Below are positions 20,117 through 30,846 of a DNA stretch of 64,000 nucleotides, in pieces. Positions within the stretch are counted from its first letter, which is position 1. Each line of letters opens with the position of its first letter. The notes beneath the pieces were generated by a model, which was not told the DNA's origin, did no database searches, and saw only the letters and a list, made by a program, of their open reading frames with translations. The stretch is taken from positions 64,854-128,853 of the forward strand of contig JAHEXY010000004.1 in NCBI GenBank assembly GCA_023251875.1, in the 5' to 3' direction. The DNA comes from Bacteroidota bacterium (GTDB lineage Bacteria > Bacteroidota > Bacteroidia > JAHEXY01). The translations under genes and the position numbers were made by a program.

Positions 20117-20267
20117 ATAAATGCTTGCATATATTTCTTTTTAAGCTAAACATATCAAATCACACAGTCTAAACAACAAATTAAACGACTGAAATACAAA
20201 TAATTAATAAATATATTAACATTTTCACAATAGAAAACAAGCTGATTTATCTAAAAAAACCTATTTA

Positions 20268-22208
20268 TTGAAAGATGCAATTTATTTTAATTTTGGGTTG
20301 CCCCTATCACCTTTAACCAATATTATTAAAATGAAATACATTTATTTATCCCCTCTTTTCATCTCTTTACTTTTATTGCTTAATATTCAAGAGTCCTTTT
20401 CTCAATGTACTCCTAATAAAGCTTATACCGCCCCAGGATTATATCCTGATCAAATGCCGGATGCTACAGTAGGCCAAGCCTATTCACAAGATATTACTAT
20501 TGTATTTTTTAAAGATACTACTCAAAGTGGCATTACTTGTGTAGCGGATGAGTTTGACATTAATGGGCTTGCAGGTCTTCCTCCTGGCATTACCTGGCAA
20601 TCTAATTCAAGTACTGATAAGTTTTATCCTCAAACTAATTTATATGGTTGTGTACATTTTTCAGGAACACCTACTGTAGCCGGTACCTATACATTAATAG
20701 CATCGGGCAATATGAAAATGAGTGGAAATTCATTGTGTCCTGCTGATAATCCAGTAACGTATTCGGTTCCTTTTACTGTAAATGCACCTTCTGCAGCTAA
20801 TTCAGGATTTACAATTTCTGCTGTTAGCGGTTGTGCACCATTAAATGTAGATTTTACAACCAGCAATAATTTAACAGGTAATTATACATACTTATGGGAG
20901 TTTGGCGATGCACTTACCACGGCCAGCACTGTAAAAGATCCAAGTTTTACATACACTGATGCAGGCACATACGTAATAAAGCAAACTGCAACCAATATTG
21001 ATCCTGTTAAGTATATTTTATCAAGTATTACGATTGATGCCATTCCGGGTTCAAGTGTTTGGGAGCCGTTTCCGGAAATTGACAATCCAACTTGGCCTTT
21101 GGGAGGCACCTCATTACCTGACGTTTATATTAATGTATATGATGCTAACCATAAACTACTTTTTGGTTACGACAAAAATCCAAGTGAAACTTCGGTATAT
21201 TTTCATGATCAATTTGATGTTACAAATACAAATGCTCAAAGCTATCCTGTAGATACTAACTATCAATACCTCTCTGCTCAAACTTATACTGTAGAAGTAT
21301 ATGATTTAGATCCATCTAATCTGGGTATAAATGATGATGATTTTTTAGGAAAGGTTTCTTTTTATGGCAATGGGCCGAGTACCCAATCAAGTGACGGAAG
21401 CTTAAAAATTAGTTTTACTATTAATAATACCGCTGTTGATCCAATTGTAGTAACGGATACAATTACAGTATATCCATCGCCTGATTTGCATTTATCTGCA
21501 AGTGGTGCAATGGAGTTTTGCGATGGAGATTCTGTAACATTAATTTCTGATCAAACTACCGGAAACCAATGGTATGGAGATACGGCTTTAATTTTTGGAG
21601 CAACAAGTCAGAATTATACTGTATCTACTAGTGGCAGCTTTTATGTAATTGCTACTAACAGTTATGGATGTAGTGATACTTCTGCTAAGCAAAATGTTGT
21701 TGTAGATAATAATCCGCCTAAACCCAATTTTTGGTATTATAATGATACATTATGGACAAGTCTTGTAGGATATGATTTGCAGTGGTATTTAGATGGCACT
21801 GCCATTTATGGGGCAAATGAATCTTACTGTGCTATTAATGCAACAGGAGCTTATTCATTAGTGGCAACAAGTACTGCAGGTTGTACTACAGAATCAACAG
21901 CTTCAAATTATACTGTTGCCACCGGAGGAAGTTCAATTCAAGAAATTACGGATATTATTCAAGATATCAATCTTTATCCGAACCCATCAAAAGGGCAGTT
22001 TAATGTTGCTTTTGAAATTAGCACCCCACAAGATTTAAGTATTGCTGTTGAAGATGTTATTGGGAATAGTGTATTAAATATACCATTAACCGATGTGCAT
22101 GGTAAAATAAACCAGAATATTGATTTAAGTCATTTAGCAAAAGGTCTTTATTATGTGGGAATCAATATGAATGCTCAAAGAATAAGAAAGAAAATGATTA
22201 TTGAATAA
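20268..22208 (+). CDS. T9SS cargo protein with PKD and Ig-like domains (paralogue 1)
   Basis: Shares the N-terminal QCTPN...PGLYPD..PDATV.Q.Y..DIT.VFFKDT module, a PKD domain (CAPL.V.FT...Y.W.FGD), and a T9SS CTD (INLYPNPSKGQFNV...GLYYVGI) with 22403-24244. The real start is probably MKYIYL... near 20331. Confidence 0.65.
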   Translation: MKDAIYFNFGLPLSPLTNIIKMKYIYLSPLFISLLLLLNIQESFSQCTPNKAYTAPGLYPDQMPDATVGQAYSQDITIVFFKDTTQSGITCVADEFDINGLAGLPPGITWQSNSSTDKFYPQTNLYGCVHFSGTPTVAGTYTLIASGNMKMSGNSLCPADNPVTYSVPFTVNAPSAANSGFTISAVSGCAPLNVDFTTSNNLTGNYTYLWEFGDALTTASTVKDPSFTYTDAGTYVIKQTATNIDPVKYILSSITIDAIPGSSVWEPFPEIDNPTWPLGGTSLPDVYINVYDANHKLLFGYDKNPSETSVYFHDQFDVTNTNAQSYPVDTNYQYLSAQTYTVEVYDLDPSNLGINDDDFLGKVSFYGNGPSTQSSDGSLKISFTINNTAVDPIVVTDTITVYPSPDLHLSASGAMEFCDGDSVTLISDQTTGNQWYGDTALIFGATSQNYTVSTSGSFYVIATNSYGCSDTSAKQNVVVDNNPPKPNFWYYNDTLWTSLVGYDLQWYLDGTAIYGANESYCAINATGAYSLVATSTAGCTTESTASNYTVATGGSSIQEITDIIQDINLYPNPSKGQFNVAFEISTPQDLSIAVEDVIGNSVLNIPLTDVHGKINQNIDLSHLAKGLYYVGINMNAQRIRKKMIIE

Positions 22209-22233
22209 AACTCCTTAATTTATAAAAAAGATA

Positions 22234-22272
22234 AGCCCAGGGATACAAAATTTTTGGGCTTTTCTTTTTTTC
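22234..22272 (+). terminator. rho-independent terminator
   Basis: Stem agccca...tgggct is followed by a T-run (tttctttttttt). Confidence 0.5.
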
Positions 22273-22402
22273 TCCCATCCATTTGTTGATAAAAACGTGA
22301 GCATGAACTTGAAAAAAGAAAATAATCACGTAAATTAGCAAGCCGAAAAAACGCCCCCTATAGTTTTTTTGAAATTTTTTTAATCATTCAAAAAATTTAG
22401 AA

Positions 22403-24244
22403 ATGAAAAAAGTTTACCTTTTAATTATTATTCTATTTGTTTTTATTCTAAAGAGCAATACAAATACATTTGCTCAATGTACACCCAACATTACTTCAAC
22501 TGTTCCAGGTTTATATCCTGATTCTTTTCCTGACGCAACTGTTAATCAACCGTACAATGTTGATATTACTTTTGTCTTTTTTAAAGACACCGTTGTGAGT
22601 GGTATTAAATTTCAGGCATTAAAAGTTGTGGTAAACAGCTTAAATGGTTTACCAATTGGTATGAATTGGGTAAGTAACAAAAGTAATAACCAATGGGATC
22701 CTCAAACAGAACTTGCCGGATGTATTAATATTTCAGGAACACCTATTGCCCCAGGCACTTATCATGTTGTAGCAAGTGCAACTATTACATTAAGTAGTAT
22801 TGCAGGAGATCAAGCGTATTTAGATACTTTTGATTTGCATGTATTACCTGCTTCAACATCTAATTCTGCATTTGCCATGACAAACGCTGTTGGATGTGCT
22901 CCACTTTCAGTTTCATTTACAAATGGAACTCCCGGCAACAATATTTATTCATGGAGTTTTGGAGATAACACTACAAATAGTGCTCTTGAAAATCCCACAC
23001 ATGATTATCCTAATGCAGGTACTTATGTTGTAACCCAAAGTGTAACACCTAACGCAGTTCCAGAATATTATTTAACCGACCTTACTATTAATGATGTGCC
23101 GGATAATGATCTAACAGAAAGTAAAAGTACTATGGATGTCTATTTTATTATTTATGACAGTTCAAAAAAGATAATTTTTCAAGGCTATGACGAAAAAAAC
23201 AATCCCAGTGATGAATCTTATTTAATTCGAGATGCTGTTCTTCCACAAAAATGGACCTTGCCCAATATAAAACTAAGTGCAGAAACCTATACACTTAAGG
23301 CATGGGACTTAGATGATTGGGATGGAACCTTGAATTTAGATGCTGATGATGAATTAGGATCTATTACTTTTTTTGGACAAGGCCCAAGTGGAAGTGCAAC
23401 CGGTTATACTAGTAATGGAAAGGGCGGAACATTAAACCTTGATTACACTATTTATGAAACCAGTGTTACAACAACAACTACTACTGATACTGTAGTTGTT
23501 TATCCTGCAATTACAAATGCAAGCATCACTACAATTGGAGATACTGTATTTTGTAATGGCAATTCTGTTGTATTAATATCAAGTTCGGCTACAGGAAATC
23601 AATGGTATATGAATAACTCTGCAATTATTGGAGATACTGCACAAACATTAACCATAACAGATGCAGGGGCTTATCATGTTAAAATTACGAGTGCTTATGG
23701 TTGTTCTGCAGAAGCTGCTGAAGTAAATGTTACCGTAAATAATAATCCTCCAACACCTAATTTTTGGAATGAAAATGGAGTATTGAATACGAGTCTTTAT
23801 GGTTATAGTTTACAATGGTATTTAAATGGAACTGCTATTTCAGGAGCAACAACAACAACTTTAACCTATACTCAATCTGGAATGTATTCATTAGTAGCAA
23901 CCAGTACCGCAGGTTGCACCTCTCAATCACCAAGCATTTACTATAATTATATAGAACCTAGTTCAGGTATAAAAGATGTAGTAAGTAATTTGCAAGATCT
24001 AAATATTTATCCCAATCCAACTAATGGAGATTTTACTGTAAATTTTAATTTAAATACTAAAGAAGATTTAGAGCTTTCTATAGAAAATGTATTGGGTCAA
24101 AAATTAATGCGTGAATCATTAAATAATATTCAAGGATTGTATAGCAAAATTTATAGTATCAAAAACCTGCCAAAAGGAATTTATATTTTAAGTATCAAAG
24201 AAAATAATAAAGCTTGTATAGCACAGAGAATTTTATTACAATAA
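22403..24244 (+). CDS. T9SS cargo protein with PKD and Ig-like domains (paralogue 2)
   Basis: Same architecture as 20268-22208. T9SS CTD: LNIYPNPTNGDFTVNF...GIYILSI. Confidence 0.65.
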   Translation: MKKVYLLIIILFVFILKSNTNTFAQCTPNITSTVPGLYPDSFPDATVNQPYNVDITFVFFKDTVVSGIKFQALKVVVNSLNGLPIGMNWVSNKSNNQWDPQTELAGCINISGTPIAPGTYHVVASATITLSSIAGDQAYLDTFDLHVLPASTSNSAFAMTNAVGCAPLSVSFTNGTPGNNIYSWSFGDNTTNSALENPTHDYPNAGTYVVTQSVTPNAVPEYYLTDLTINDVPDNDLTESKSTMDVYFIIYDSSKKIIFQGYDEKNNPSDESYLIRDAVLPQKWTLPNIKLSAETYTLKAWDLDDWDGTLNLDADDELGSITFFGQGPSGSATGYTSNGKGGTLNLDYTIYETSVTTTTTTDTVVVYPAITNASITTIGDTVFCNGNSVVLISSSATGNQWYMNNSAIIGDTAQTLTITDAGAYHVKITSAYGCSAEAAEVNVTVNNNPPTPNFWNENGVLNTSLYGYSLQWYLNGTAISGATTTTLTYTQSGMYSLVATSTAGCTSQSPSIYYNYIEPSSGIKDVVSNLQDLNIYPNPTNGDFTVNFNLNTKEDLELSIENVLGQKLMRESLNNIQGLYSKIYSIKNLPKGIYILSIKENNKACIAQRILLQ

Positions 24245-24529
24245 AATAAATTATATCTCCTCTGAAGAAAAGGTAATCTCAAAAGGATTGCCTTTTTTAT
24301 TTTACATAACATTTTCGCTATAATTTTCTTGCATAGAATCTTTGCATTCTTTGAATTAAATAAAAAAACTACATTTTTAGTATAAAATCACAAAAAAGTA
24401 TTTATCTTTGCATCCTTGTTTTATTATTGCTTTGATTGTTTCATGCTAATAATAAAATAATCCTCCCTTAAGAAGAGCCTAGATAGAAAAAAGGAATGTT
24501 CAATTAAATTTTAATACCTCTTTACATTT

Positions 24530-27500
24530 ATGAAAAAAATTTTATTTATTATTCTAAATTTATTATTTGTTGCATTATTTATGGATGCACAAGCTCAGGT
24601 AAGTAATTTACCTGCTACAAAATCTATTTCTTCATCTAATGGAGAGGTAAAATCAAAAGGAATAGAAGACGTAACAAATATATCTTCTAGTCCCTTAGAT
24701 GTAAAAGCAAGTAAATCTCAAATTGCAATTACCACCAATCGTGGTAAAAATGCTAATGCAAAAGTAAAATCGCCATCACGTCAGGTTGTACTTGGAAATT
24801 TTGGCACTGCAGAAAATAAAGTTTATCTGCCATTATCAAATTATAAAACATCGTCAAGCGTTTGCGATACTTTTGCAAATTATACGGGATTAGATTCACT
24901 AACTTATTACACTTTTAATTATCCAAGCAATAAATTTGGAGGTTATGTTTCAGGAACAAATTATTTTAAAGACAAAGCTAAAGTTGAATTTTTTAATATC
25001 AATAGCCCCGGCTCAACATTGAGTACAGTTTATTTATTATTTGGCAAAGCTAAATATGCTAATGCTACAAATTCAAAAGTAAACATTAAAGTTTGGGATA
25101 ATACAGGAACCAATGGTACTCCCGGCACTGTATTAGGAACCAAATCTGTAAAAATAAAAGACATTGCTACTGATGTTACCAATGGATCTTTTACAACCGT
25201 TACATTTTCAACACCTCTTACTGTAAACACAGCATTTTATGTTGGTGTAGAACTTTCTTCTACAGCAGGCGATACAGTTGTATTATATACAACTACGCAA
25301 TACAATCAAAATTCAAATACAGCTTTTGAAGAATGGTCAGATAATAGTTGGGCAGCTTATGATACAAGTTGGGGTATTAGCTTAAACCATTTTATAGCTG
25401 CTGCTGTATGTGTAAATTCAAGTGTTACTGCTGCATTTACAGCAAATAAAACTTCAGTAGATGTAGGTGAAACCGTAACTTTTACCAATCAAAGTACAGG
25501 TAGTACATCTTGGGCATGGACTTTTACAGGTGCGGTGCCATCTACTTCAACCTTAGAAAATCCAAATGTTGTTTATTATACCCCAGGTACCTATACAGTA
25601 TCTCTTACTGCCAGTGATGGATTTGGTACAGATGTAGAAACTAAAACGGGATACATTACAGTTAAGGCTTCTACTACATGTGATACATTACACAATTTTG
25701 ATTTCTATAATGATACAGCTGTAGTATATCTAAATAGTGGTGGCGGTTATTTATCAGGTAACAATTCATGGGGAGATTGGGGTTTTGCAGATTATTTTTA
25801 CGGATATCCTTCGGGATACCAAATGAGCACTGTAAACATGGCATTTGGTATTGCAGAATACAGTTCTTCTACTTCAAAAATAAAAGTGAAAGTATGGGAT
25901 AATACAGGTACTAATGGGACTCCAGGAAATGTGCTTGCTTCAAAAAATGTAAAAATTAGTCAAATTGCTACTGATGTTGCAAATGGAAATTACACCTCTG
26001 TTACTTTTTCATCTCCTATAACGATTACAACTCCTTTTTATGTGGGTTTTGAAGTAACATATAAGTCGGGAGATACAGTAGCACTATATACCAATACTGT
26101 TTATAATGGTAATCCAAATACAGCATGGACAGAAGAAGCTGATAGCAATTGGTATGCATTTGATGATGCTACGTATAATTGGGGATTAAGTTTAAATTAT
26201 TTAATTGTTCCCGTATTATGTCCTGCTAGCGTAGGTTCTGCTCCTGTTGCTGCTTTTAAAGCAAATGCAACTACTATTTATACAGGAAACAGTGTAAACT
26301 TTACTGATTTATCTACCAATGCTCCAACTTCATGGGCTTGGGCTTTTACAGGAGGTACGCCTTCAACATCTACTACTCAAAACCCTACAGGTATTGTTTA
26401 CAATACAGCTGGAACTTATACAATAACATTAACTGCTACTAATGCTTATGGTTCAGATAGTGAAACAAAAACAGCATATATTACAGTTCTTGATTCTGTA
26501 GTGCCTACCGATGCAGATTTTAAAGTAAGTGCCAATCCAATTGCAGTAGGTAGTAGTGTAAACTTTACTGATTTATCATTAGGAAGTCCAACTTCATGGT
26601 CATGGTCGTTTACAGGAGGAACACCTTCAACATCAACATCTCAAAATCCTACAAACATCACCTATAATGCTGCTGGAACCTATACGGTATCTTTAACAGC
26701 ATCGGGACCTAATGGAACAGATACTGAAACAAAAACAAGTTATATGATCGTATTAATTGCTCCAACTATTTGTGATACATTAACCAATGTTGACTTAGCC
26801 GTTGATACTCCTTCTTATTATTCATTAGGAACAGGTAAAGGTTATGTATCCGGACAAAATTACTATGGTGATATTGCTAAGGCAGATTATTATGCTAATT
26901 ATGTAGCCGGATCTCAACTTTCAGAAGCCATGTTTTGGTTTGGTGTAGCCAAATATACTTCTGCTACTACATCAAAAATTACTGTAAAAGTTTGGGATAA
27001 TACAGGTGCAAATGGTGAACCGGGCGCAGTATTAGCTTCTCAAGATGTTACTATTTCAAGTATTGCAGCAGATATTGCCCAACAACAATTAACGGATGTT
27101 GTATTTACATCGCCTGCAACCATTAATACACCTTACTATTTGGGTATTGAGTTTACATACAAAACAGGAGATACAGTTGCACTGGTACTAAATTTTGATG
27201 GAGAAACAGTTCCGGCAACGGCTTGGGAAGAATGGAGTGACTTTACTTGGTGGCCATATAGCGATGCTAATTCATGGGGAATTAATGTTGCTCATTACAT
27301 GTTTCCAATAGTATGCTATCAAGGTACTATTACAAATGTAGATGCTATAAAATCTGACAATAGAATTGCAATTTATCCAAACCCAACCAATGGAGAATTT
27401 AACCTTTCAACATTGTTTACCCAAGCAAGCAATATGAAAGTTACAGTTGTGGATATGCTGGGAGAAGTAGTGTATTCAACAAAATATAATAATGTAATGG

Positions 27501-27607
27501 CAGGAAATTATAGCATTGATCTTTCTGTTCGTTCAGCAGGAATCTATACTGTTAAAATAGAAACCGACAACGATACATTTACAAAACGAATAGTTATTGC
27601 AAAATAA
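24530..27607 (+). CDS. large T9SS cargo protein with three ~190-aa internal repeat modules interleaved with PKD domains
   Basis: Three repeats each contain CDT..N.D...GY.SG.N...KVKVWDNTG.NG.PG.VL....V.I..IA.D. PKD units contain W.W.FTGG.PSTST.QNP. T9SS CTD: IAIYPNPTNGEFNL...GIYTVKI. Confidence 0.65.
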   Translation: MKKILFIILNLLFVALFMDAQAQVSNLPATKSISSSNGEVKSKGIEDVTNISSSPLDVKASKSQIAITTNRGKNANAKVKSPSRQVVLGNFGTAENKVYLPLSNYKTSSSVCDTFANYTGLDSLTYYTFNYPSNKFGGYVSGTNYFKDKAKVEFFNINSPGSTLSTVYLLFGKAKYANATNSKVNIKVWDNTGTNGTPGTVLGTKSVKIKDIATDVTNGSFTTVTFSTPLTVNTAFYVGVELSSTAGDTVVLYTTTQYNQNSNTAFEEWSDNSWAAYDTSWGISLNHFIAAAVCVNSSVTAAFTANKTSVDVGETVTFTNQSTGSTSWAWTFTGAVPSTSTLENPNVVYYTPGTYTVSLTASDGFGTDVETKTGYITVKASTTCDTLHNFDFYNDTAVVYLNSGGGYLSGNNSWGDWGFADYFYGYPSGYQMSTVNMAFGIAEYSSSTSKIKVKVWDNTGTNGTPGNVLASKNVKISQIATDVANGNYTSVTFSSPITITTPFYVGFEVTYKSGDTVALYTNTVYNGNPNTAWTEEADSNWYAFDDATYNWGLSLNYLIVPVLCPASVGSAPVAAFKANATTIYTGNSVNFTDLSTNAPTSWAWAFTGGTPSTSTTQNPTGIVYNTAGTYTITLTATNAYGSDSETKTAYITVLDSVVPTDADFKVSANPIAVGSSVNFTDLSLGSPTSWSWSFTGGTPSTSTSQNPTNITYNAAGTYTVSLTASGPNGTDTETKTSYMIVLIAPTICDTLTNVDLAVDTPSYYSLGTGKGYVSGQNYYGDIAKADYYANYVAGSQLSEAMFWFGVAKYTSATTSKITVKVWDNTGANGEPGAVLASQDVTISSIAADIAQQQLTDVVFTSPATINTPYYLGIEFTYKTGDTVALVLNFDGETVPATAWEEWSDFTWWPYSDANSWGINVAHYMFPIVCYQGTITNVDAIKSDNRIAIYPNPTNGEFNLSTLFTQASNMKVTVVDMLGEVVYSTKYNNVMAGNYSIDLSVRSAGIYTVKIETDNDTFTKRIVIAK

Positions 27608-27696
27608 TAAAAACATTAAAAATCTTTCCTAATTCCCTCGAGGCGTTTAGAGAATAAGAGTCTTTCCTAACAGAAAGAGGGATAGATTAAAATAAA

Positions 27697-27729
27697 AGTC
27701 CGGTAGAGAATATCTATCGGACTTTTTTA
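27697..27729 (+). terminator. rho-independent terminator after the 24530-27607 gene
   Basis: Stem agtccg...cggact is followed by tttttt. A second small hairpin, tctttc-ctaaca-gaaaga, lies at 27661-27678. Confidence 0.55.
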
Positions 27730-27815
27730 TTGAACCTCAATCCAACCCTCTTAATTAAAAAGCAGATGAAAAGTTTGACGTTTTTTTGAAATATAAATGT
27801 TGTTTTAAAATTTAT

Positions 27816-28535
27816 TTAAAACAGATTAGGTCTGCGTTTTTTTGTTCTTTCGATAGACTGCTGCAACCTCCATTCATCAATTATTTTTTCATTACCTGAT
27901 AATAATACGTCAGGAACTTTTAAACCATTAAAATCATAAGGGCGCGTATATACAGGAGGGGCAATTAGCCCATCTTGAAATGAATCAAATAAAGCTGAGG
28001 TTTCGTCAGAAATTACACCGGGAATAATTCTAATAATACTATCGCAAAGCACAGCAGCAGCCAATTCTCCACCCGATAAAACATAATCTCCAATGGATAT
28101 TTCTCTGGTAATAAAATGTTCTCTCACTCTTTCATCTACACCTTTATAATGGCCGCATAAAATAATAATATTCTGAAAAAGTGAAATTTGATTAGCTATT
28201 TTTTGATTGAGCAATTCGCCATCTGGCGACATATAAATGATCTCATCATAATTTCTTTGAGATTTTAATTTATAAATACAATTAGCAATGGGCTCAATCA
28301 TCATTACCATACCGGCACCACCGCCATAACAATAATCGTCAACGCTATTATAATTATCACTGGCATAGTCTCTCAAATTAATGAGATTAACTTCTACCAA
28401 TTTTTTTTCTTGCGCTCGTTTTAAAATAGAATGCTGAAAGGGGCTTTTTAATAAATCTGGTAATACGGTTATAATATCTATTCTCATAATTGCAAAATTA
28501 CAACTAATTTTAGCTTTTATAAGTGTGTACGACAA
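27816..28535 (-). CDS. trmD: tRNA (guanine37-N1)-methyltransferase
   Basis: [13 protein letters not shown]...[36 protein letters not shown]. The likely true start is the internal MRIDII, about 16 codons downstream of the called start. Confidence 0.85.
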   Translation of the reverse strand: MSYTLIKAKISCNFAIMRIDIITVLPDLLKSPFQHSILKRAQEKKLVEVNLINLRDYASDNYNSVDDYCYGGGAGMVMMIEPIANCIYKLKSQRNYDEIIYMSPDGELLNQKIANQISLFQNIIILCGHYKGVDERVREHFITREISIGDYVLSGGELAAAVLCDSIIRIIPGVISDETSALFDSFQDGLIAPPVYTRPYDFNGLKVPDVLLSGNEKIIDEWRLQQSIERTKKRRPNLF

Positions 28536-28545
28536 ATTTCCATTC

Positions 28546-28705
28546 CTCTTGTTAAACCTCTACGAGGTTTTTTAATATAATGGAATCTATTTTTCTACAA
28601 TAATGTATGCCCTACGGGCAATTAACCAAAAATACGTCATAGGCGTTACAGTATTGTAGAAAGATGCATTACACTCGTAGATGAAATACCGCGTAGCGGT
28701 TAAAA
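28546..28705 (+). repeat. modular hairpin repeat element, copy B
   Basis: Blocks cttgttaaacctcTACgaggtttt, ctacaataatgtatgcccTACgggcaatt, cataggcgttacagtattgtagaaa and ataccgcGTAgcggttaaaaa. Near-identical to copy C and to the reverse complement of copy A. Confidence 0.7.
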
Positions 28706-28759
28706 ATAAAATCTATCTAAGGAAATTGGTCGTACATCCTTTTATTAATTACATAAAAA

Positions 28760-29314
28760 ATGAATACGATGGAACACCCTGTTATTATCTCAACACCAAG
28801 TTTTGTATTAAAAACTTTAAGTGTTGATGATGCTCAGCTTTTACTTAATTATTATGTAAATAATAAATCGCATTTTGAACCTTGGTCGGCATTGCCTGAC
28901 AAAAATTTTTATACTCTTGAATTTCAAAAAAAGAAATTAGAATTTGACGAGCTGACATTAAATGCACAAAAAGCTTTACGGTTATGGATTTTCAAAAATG
29001 GGGATGATAAAAATATTATTGGAGATATTGGTTTTACAAACATGATTAGAGGTCCATTTCAATCTTGTAATGTAGGTTATAAAACAGATGTAAATTATTT
29101 GAGACAAGGAGTAATGTATGAAGCTTTATCGGCATCTTTCAAATATATATTTACTAATCTTAAACTCCATAGAATAGAAGCTAATATTATTCCTAGCAAT
29201 ATTGCTTCGATAAATTTAATTAAAAAACTAGGCTTTATTGAAGAGGGACATGTGCGCCAATATCTCAATATTAATGGCAAATGGCATGATCATATTCGAT
29301 TTTCATTGATATAA
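28760..29314 (+). CDS. GNAT N-acetyltransferase (RimJ/RimL-like, Acetyltransf_3)
   Basis: 184 aa. Shows the typical RimJ-like layout with the Q/R-G-x-G/A-like acetyl-CoA region LRQGVMYEAL and the C-terminal block HRIEANIIPSNIASINLIKKLGF. Confidence 0.6.
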   Translation: MNTMEHPVIISTPSFVLKTLSVDDAQLLLNYYVNNKSHFEPWSALPDKNFYTLEFQKKKLEFDELTLNAQKALRLWIFKNGDDKNIIGDIGFTNMIRGPFQSCNVGYKTDVNYLRQGVMYEALSASFKYIFTNLKLHRIEANIIPSNIASINLIKKLGFIEEGHVRQYLNINGKWHDHIRFSLI

Positions 29315-29367
29315 TTTGCATTTTTAATGCAAGCATAGGGGTAAATAATGCATCATGTGTATTACAC

Positions 29368-30129
29368 ATGAACGTAATAATTATCGCTATGATGAACCAA
29401 GTTAAAAAACAACAACTATTAAAGGGAATACTATTGGTGTTTGCTTTTATGGTATTAAGTGTAATAGCTCCAGCTCAAGTAGAACTAGGTGTTAAAATTG
29501 GAGGAGATAATTATTTAGGGGACTCATCTCCAATATTGCCTGTACTTACAGAAACACATCTTGCAGAAGGGGCATTTTTAAATGTTCATCTTAACCCTAA
29601 AATTGCAATAAAAGCACAATTTAGTAAGTATACCTTATCGGGTAGCGATGCTAATTTATTATCATCTACTGCCACCAGAGGACTTTCATTTAGCACAGGA
29701 TTAATGGATATTGGTTTGGCTGTTCAATATTATCCTACACGTTTTGAACGTTGTGACAAAGCTTGGAAACCATATCTATTTGCAGGAGTTTCATATATCA
29801 AATACCAAACTATAAACTCTAACTTTGCAATGGTTACTGATATTGTAAGTGGTGGTGTAAATGAATCAAATATATCTATTCCATTTGGAATAGGATTAAA
29901 AAAAGTGTTGTATAAGGGAATAACTTTAGGTGCAGAATTACAATGTGCAAAAACTTTTACTGACCAATTAGATTTTCCTTCCTATTTAGGTAATGCGGTT
30001 TATAAAGATTGGTACATGTTTGGAGGAATTACACTAAGTTATGTTTTTGGAAAATGTGCTGAAGAAAATAAAGTAAGCCGAAACAAAGCAGTTCCTTGCC
30101 CATCATTTGCTAAGGGAATTATAAATTAA
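29368..30129 (+). CDS. outer-membrane beta-barrel protein (OmpA-N/porin-family-like)
   Basis: Signal peptide (LLVFAFMVLSVIAPAQ). Short amphipathic strands end in aromatic residues. The call is made from composition only. Confidence 0.4.
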   Translation: MNVIIIAMMNQVKKQQLLKGILLVFAFMVLSVIAPAQVELGVKIGGDNYLGDSSPILPVLTETHLAEGAFLNVHLNPKIAIKAQFSKYTLSGSDANLLSSTATRGLSFSTGLMDIGLAVQYYPTRFERCDKAWKPYLFAGVSYIKYQTINSNFAMVTDIVSGGVNESNISIPFGIGLKKVLYKGITLGAELQCAKTFTDQLDFPSYLGNAVYKDWYMFGGITLSYVFGKCAEENKVSRNKAVPCPSFAKGIIN

Positions 30130-30147
30130 AATTTAGAAATAATATTT

Positions 30148-30813
30148 TTACGATCTTTTATTTAATGAAAGAAAAGAATAAACATAAAGTGAAATAAAAA
30201 ATATTGGACTCAAAATAAAAACAGTAACCAACATTACTCCTAAACCATAGTAAAACCCATAAATGGCTGAAGTAAGTAAAGAAGCATTTTGAATAGCTCC
30301 GGTATCATCTCCCATAATAAAAGATTTTCTCAAATATGGATCTTGTATATAGAAGGAAATAAAACAAAATAACCAGCCAACTATAAAAGAAGTAATAAAA
30401 ATATATTTCCAAGGAATTTTTTTCCAATGCTTAAAGAGCATATTAATGACAGGATTATTATTCTCTGTTTTTTTACTATATTTTTTTATATCATTAAATG
30501 GATAATGAAAATTTGCATTACTGGTTTTGTAAACAGGTTTGGTTCTTAAAGTATGTTCAGATTTATTTTTAAAGAATTGTAGTTTTTGATCGTAGGTATT
30601 TCGCTTTTGATCATTAGATAAAACGGCATACGCTTCTTGAATTTCTTTAAATAGAGTATCATTTTCATTATTACTATTTACATCAGGATGGTATTTTTTT
30701 GCAAGCATACGAAATGCTTTTTTTATTTCATCTGTTGTAGCATTTGATGAAATTTGTAGTATAGAATAATAGTTTTTCAAATAGTTTATGCCCTCATCCC
30801 ATCCTTCTCCCAA
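30148..30813 (-). CDS. J-domain (DnaJ-like) membrane protein
   Basis: J-domain [31 protein letters not shown] with the HPD motif, plus C-terminal TM helices. The called N-terminus (TTG start, MGEGWDEG) is encoded by a GC-rich palindrome, so the start is uncertain. Confidence 0.65.
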   Translation of the reverse strand: MGEGWDEGINYLKNYYSILQISSNATTDEIKKAFRMLAKKYHPDVNSNNENDTLFKEIQEAYAVLSNDQKRNTYDQKLQFFKNKSEHTLRTKPVYKTSNANFHYPFNDIKKYSKKTENNNPVINMLFKHWKKIPWKYIFITSFIVGWLFCFISFYIQDPYLRKSFIMGDDTGAIQNASLLTSAIYGFYYGLGVMLVTVFILSPIFFISLYVYSFLSLNKRS

Positions 30814-30846
30814 AGGAGAAGGGGTGTTTGGAAGTATAAATAAGTT

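Noticed and set aside
20882-21252. ORFs 20882-21109 (-) and 20998-21252 (+) inside the T9SS cargo gene
   Set aside because: They are embedded in the longer, paralogue-supported coding frame of 20268-22208.
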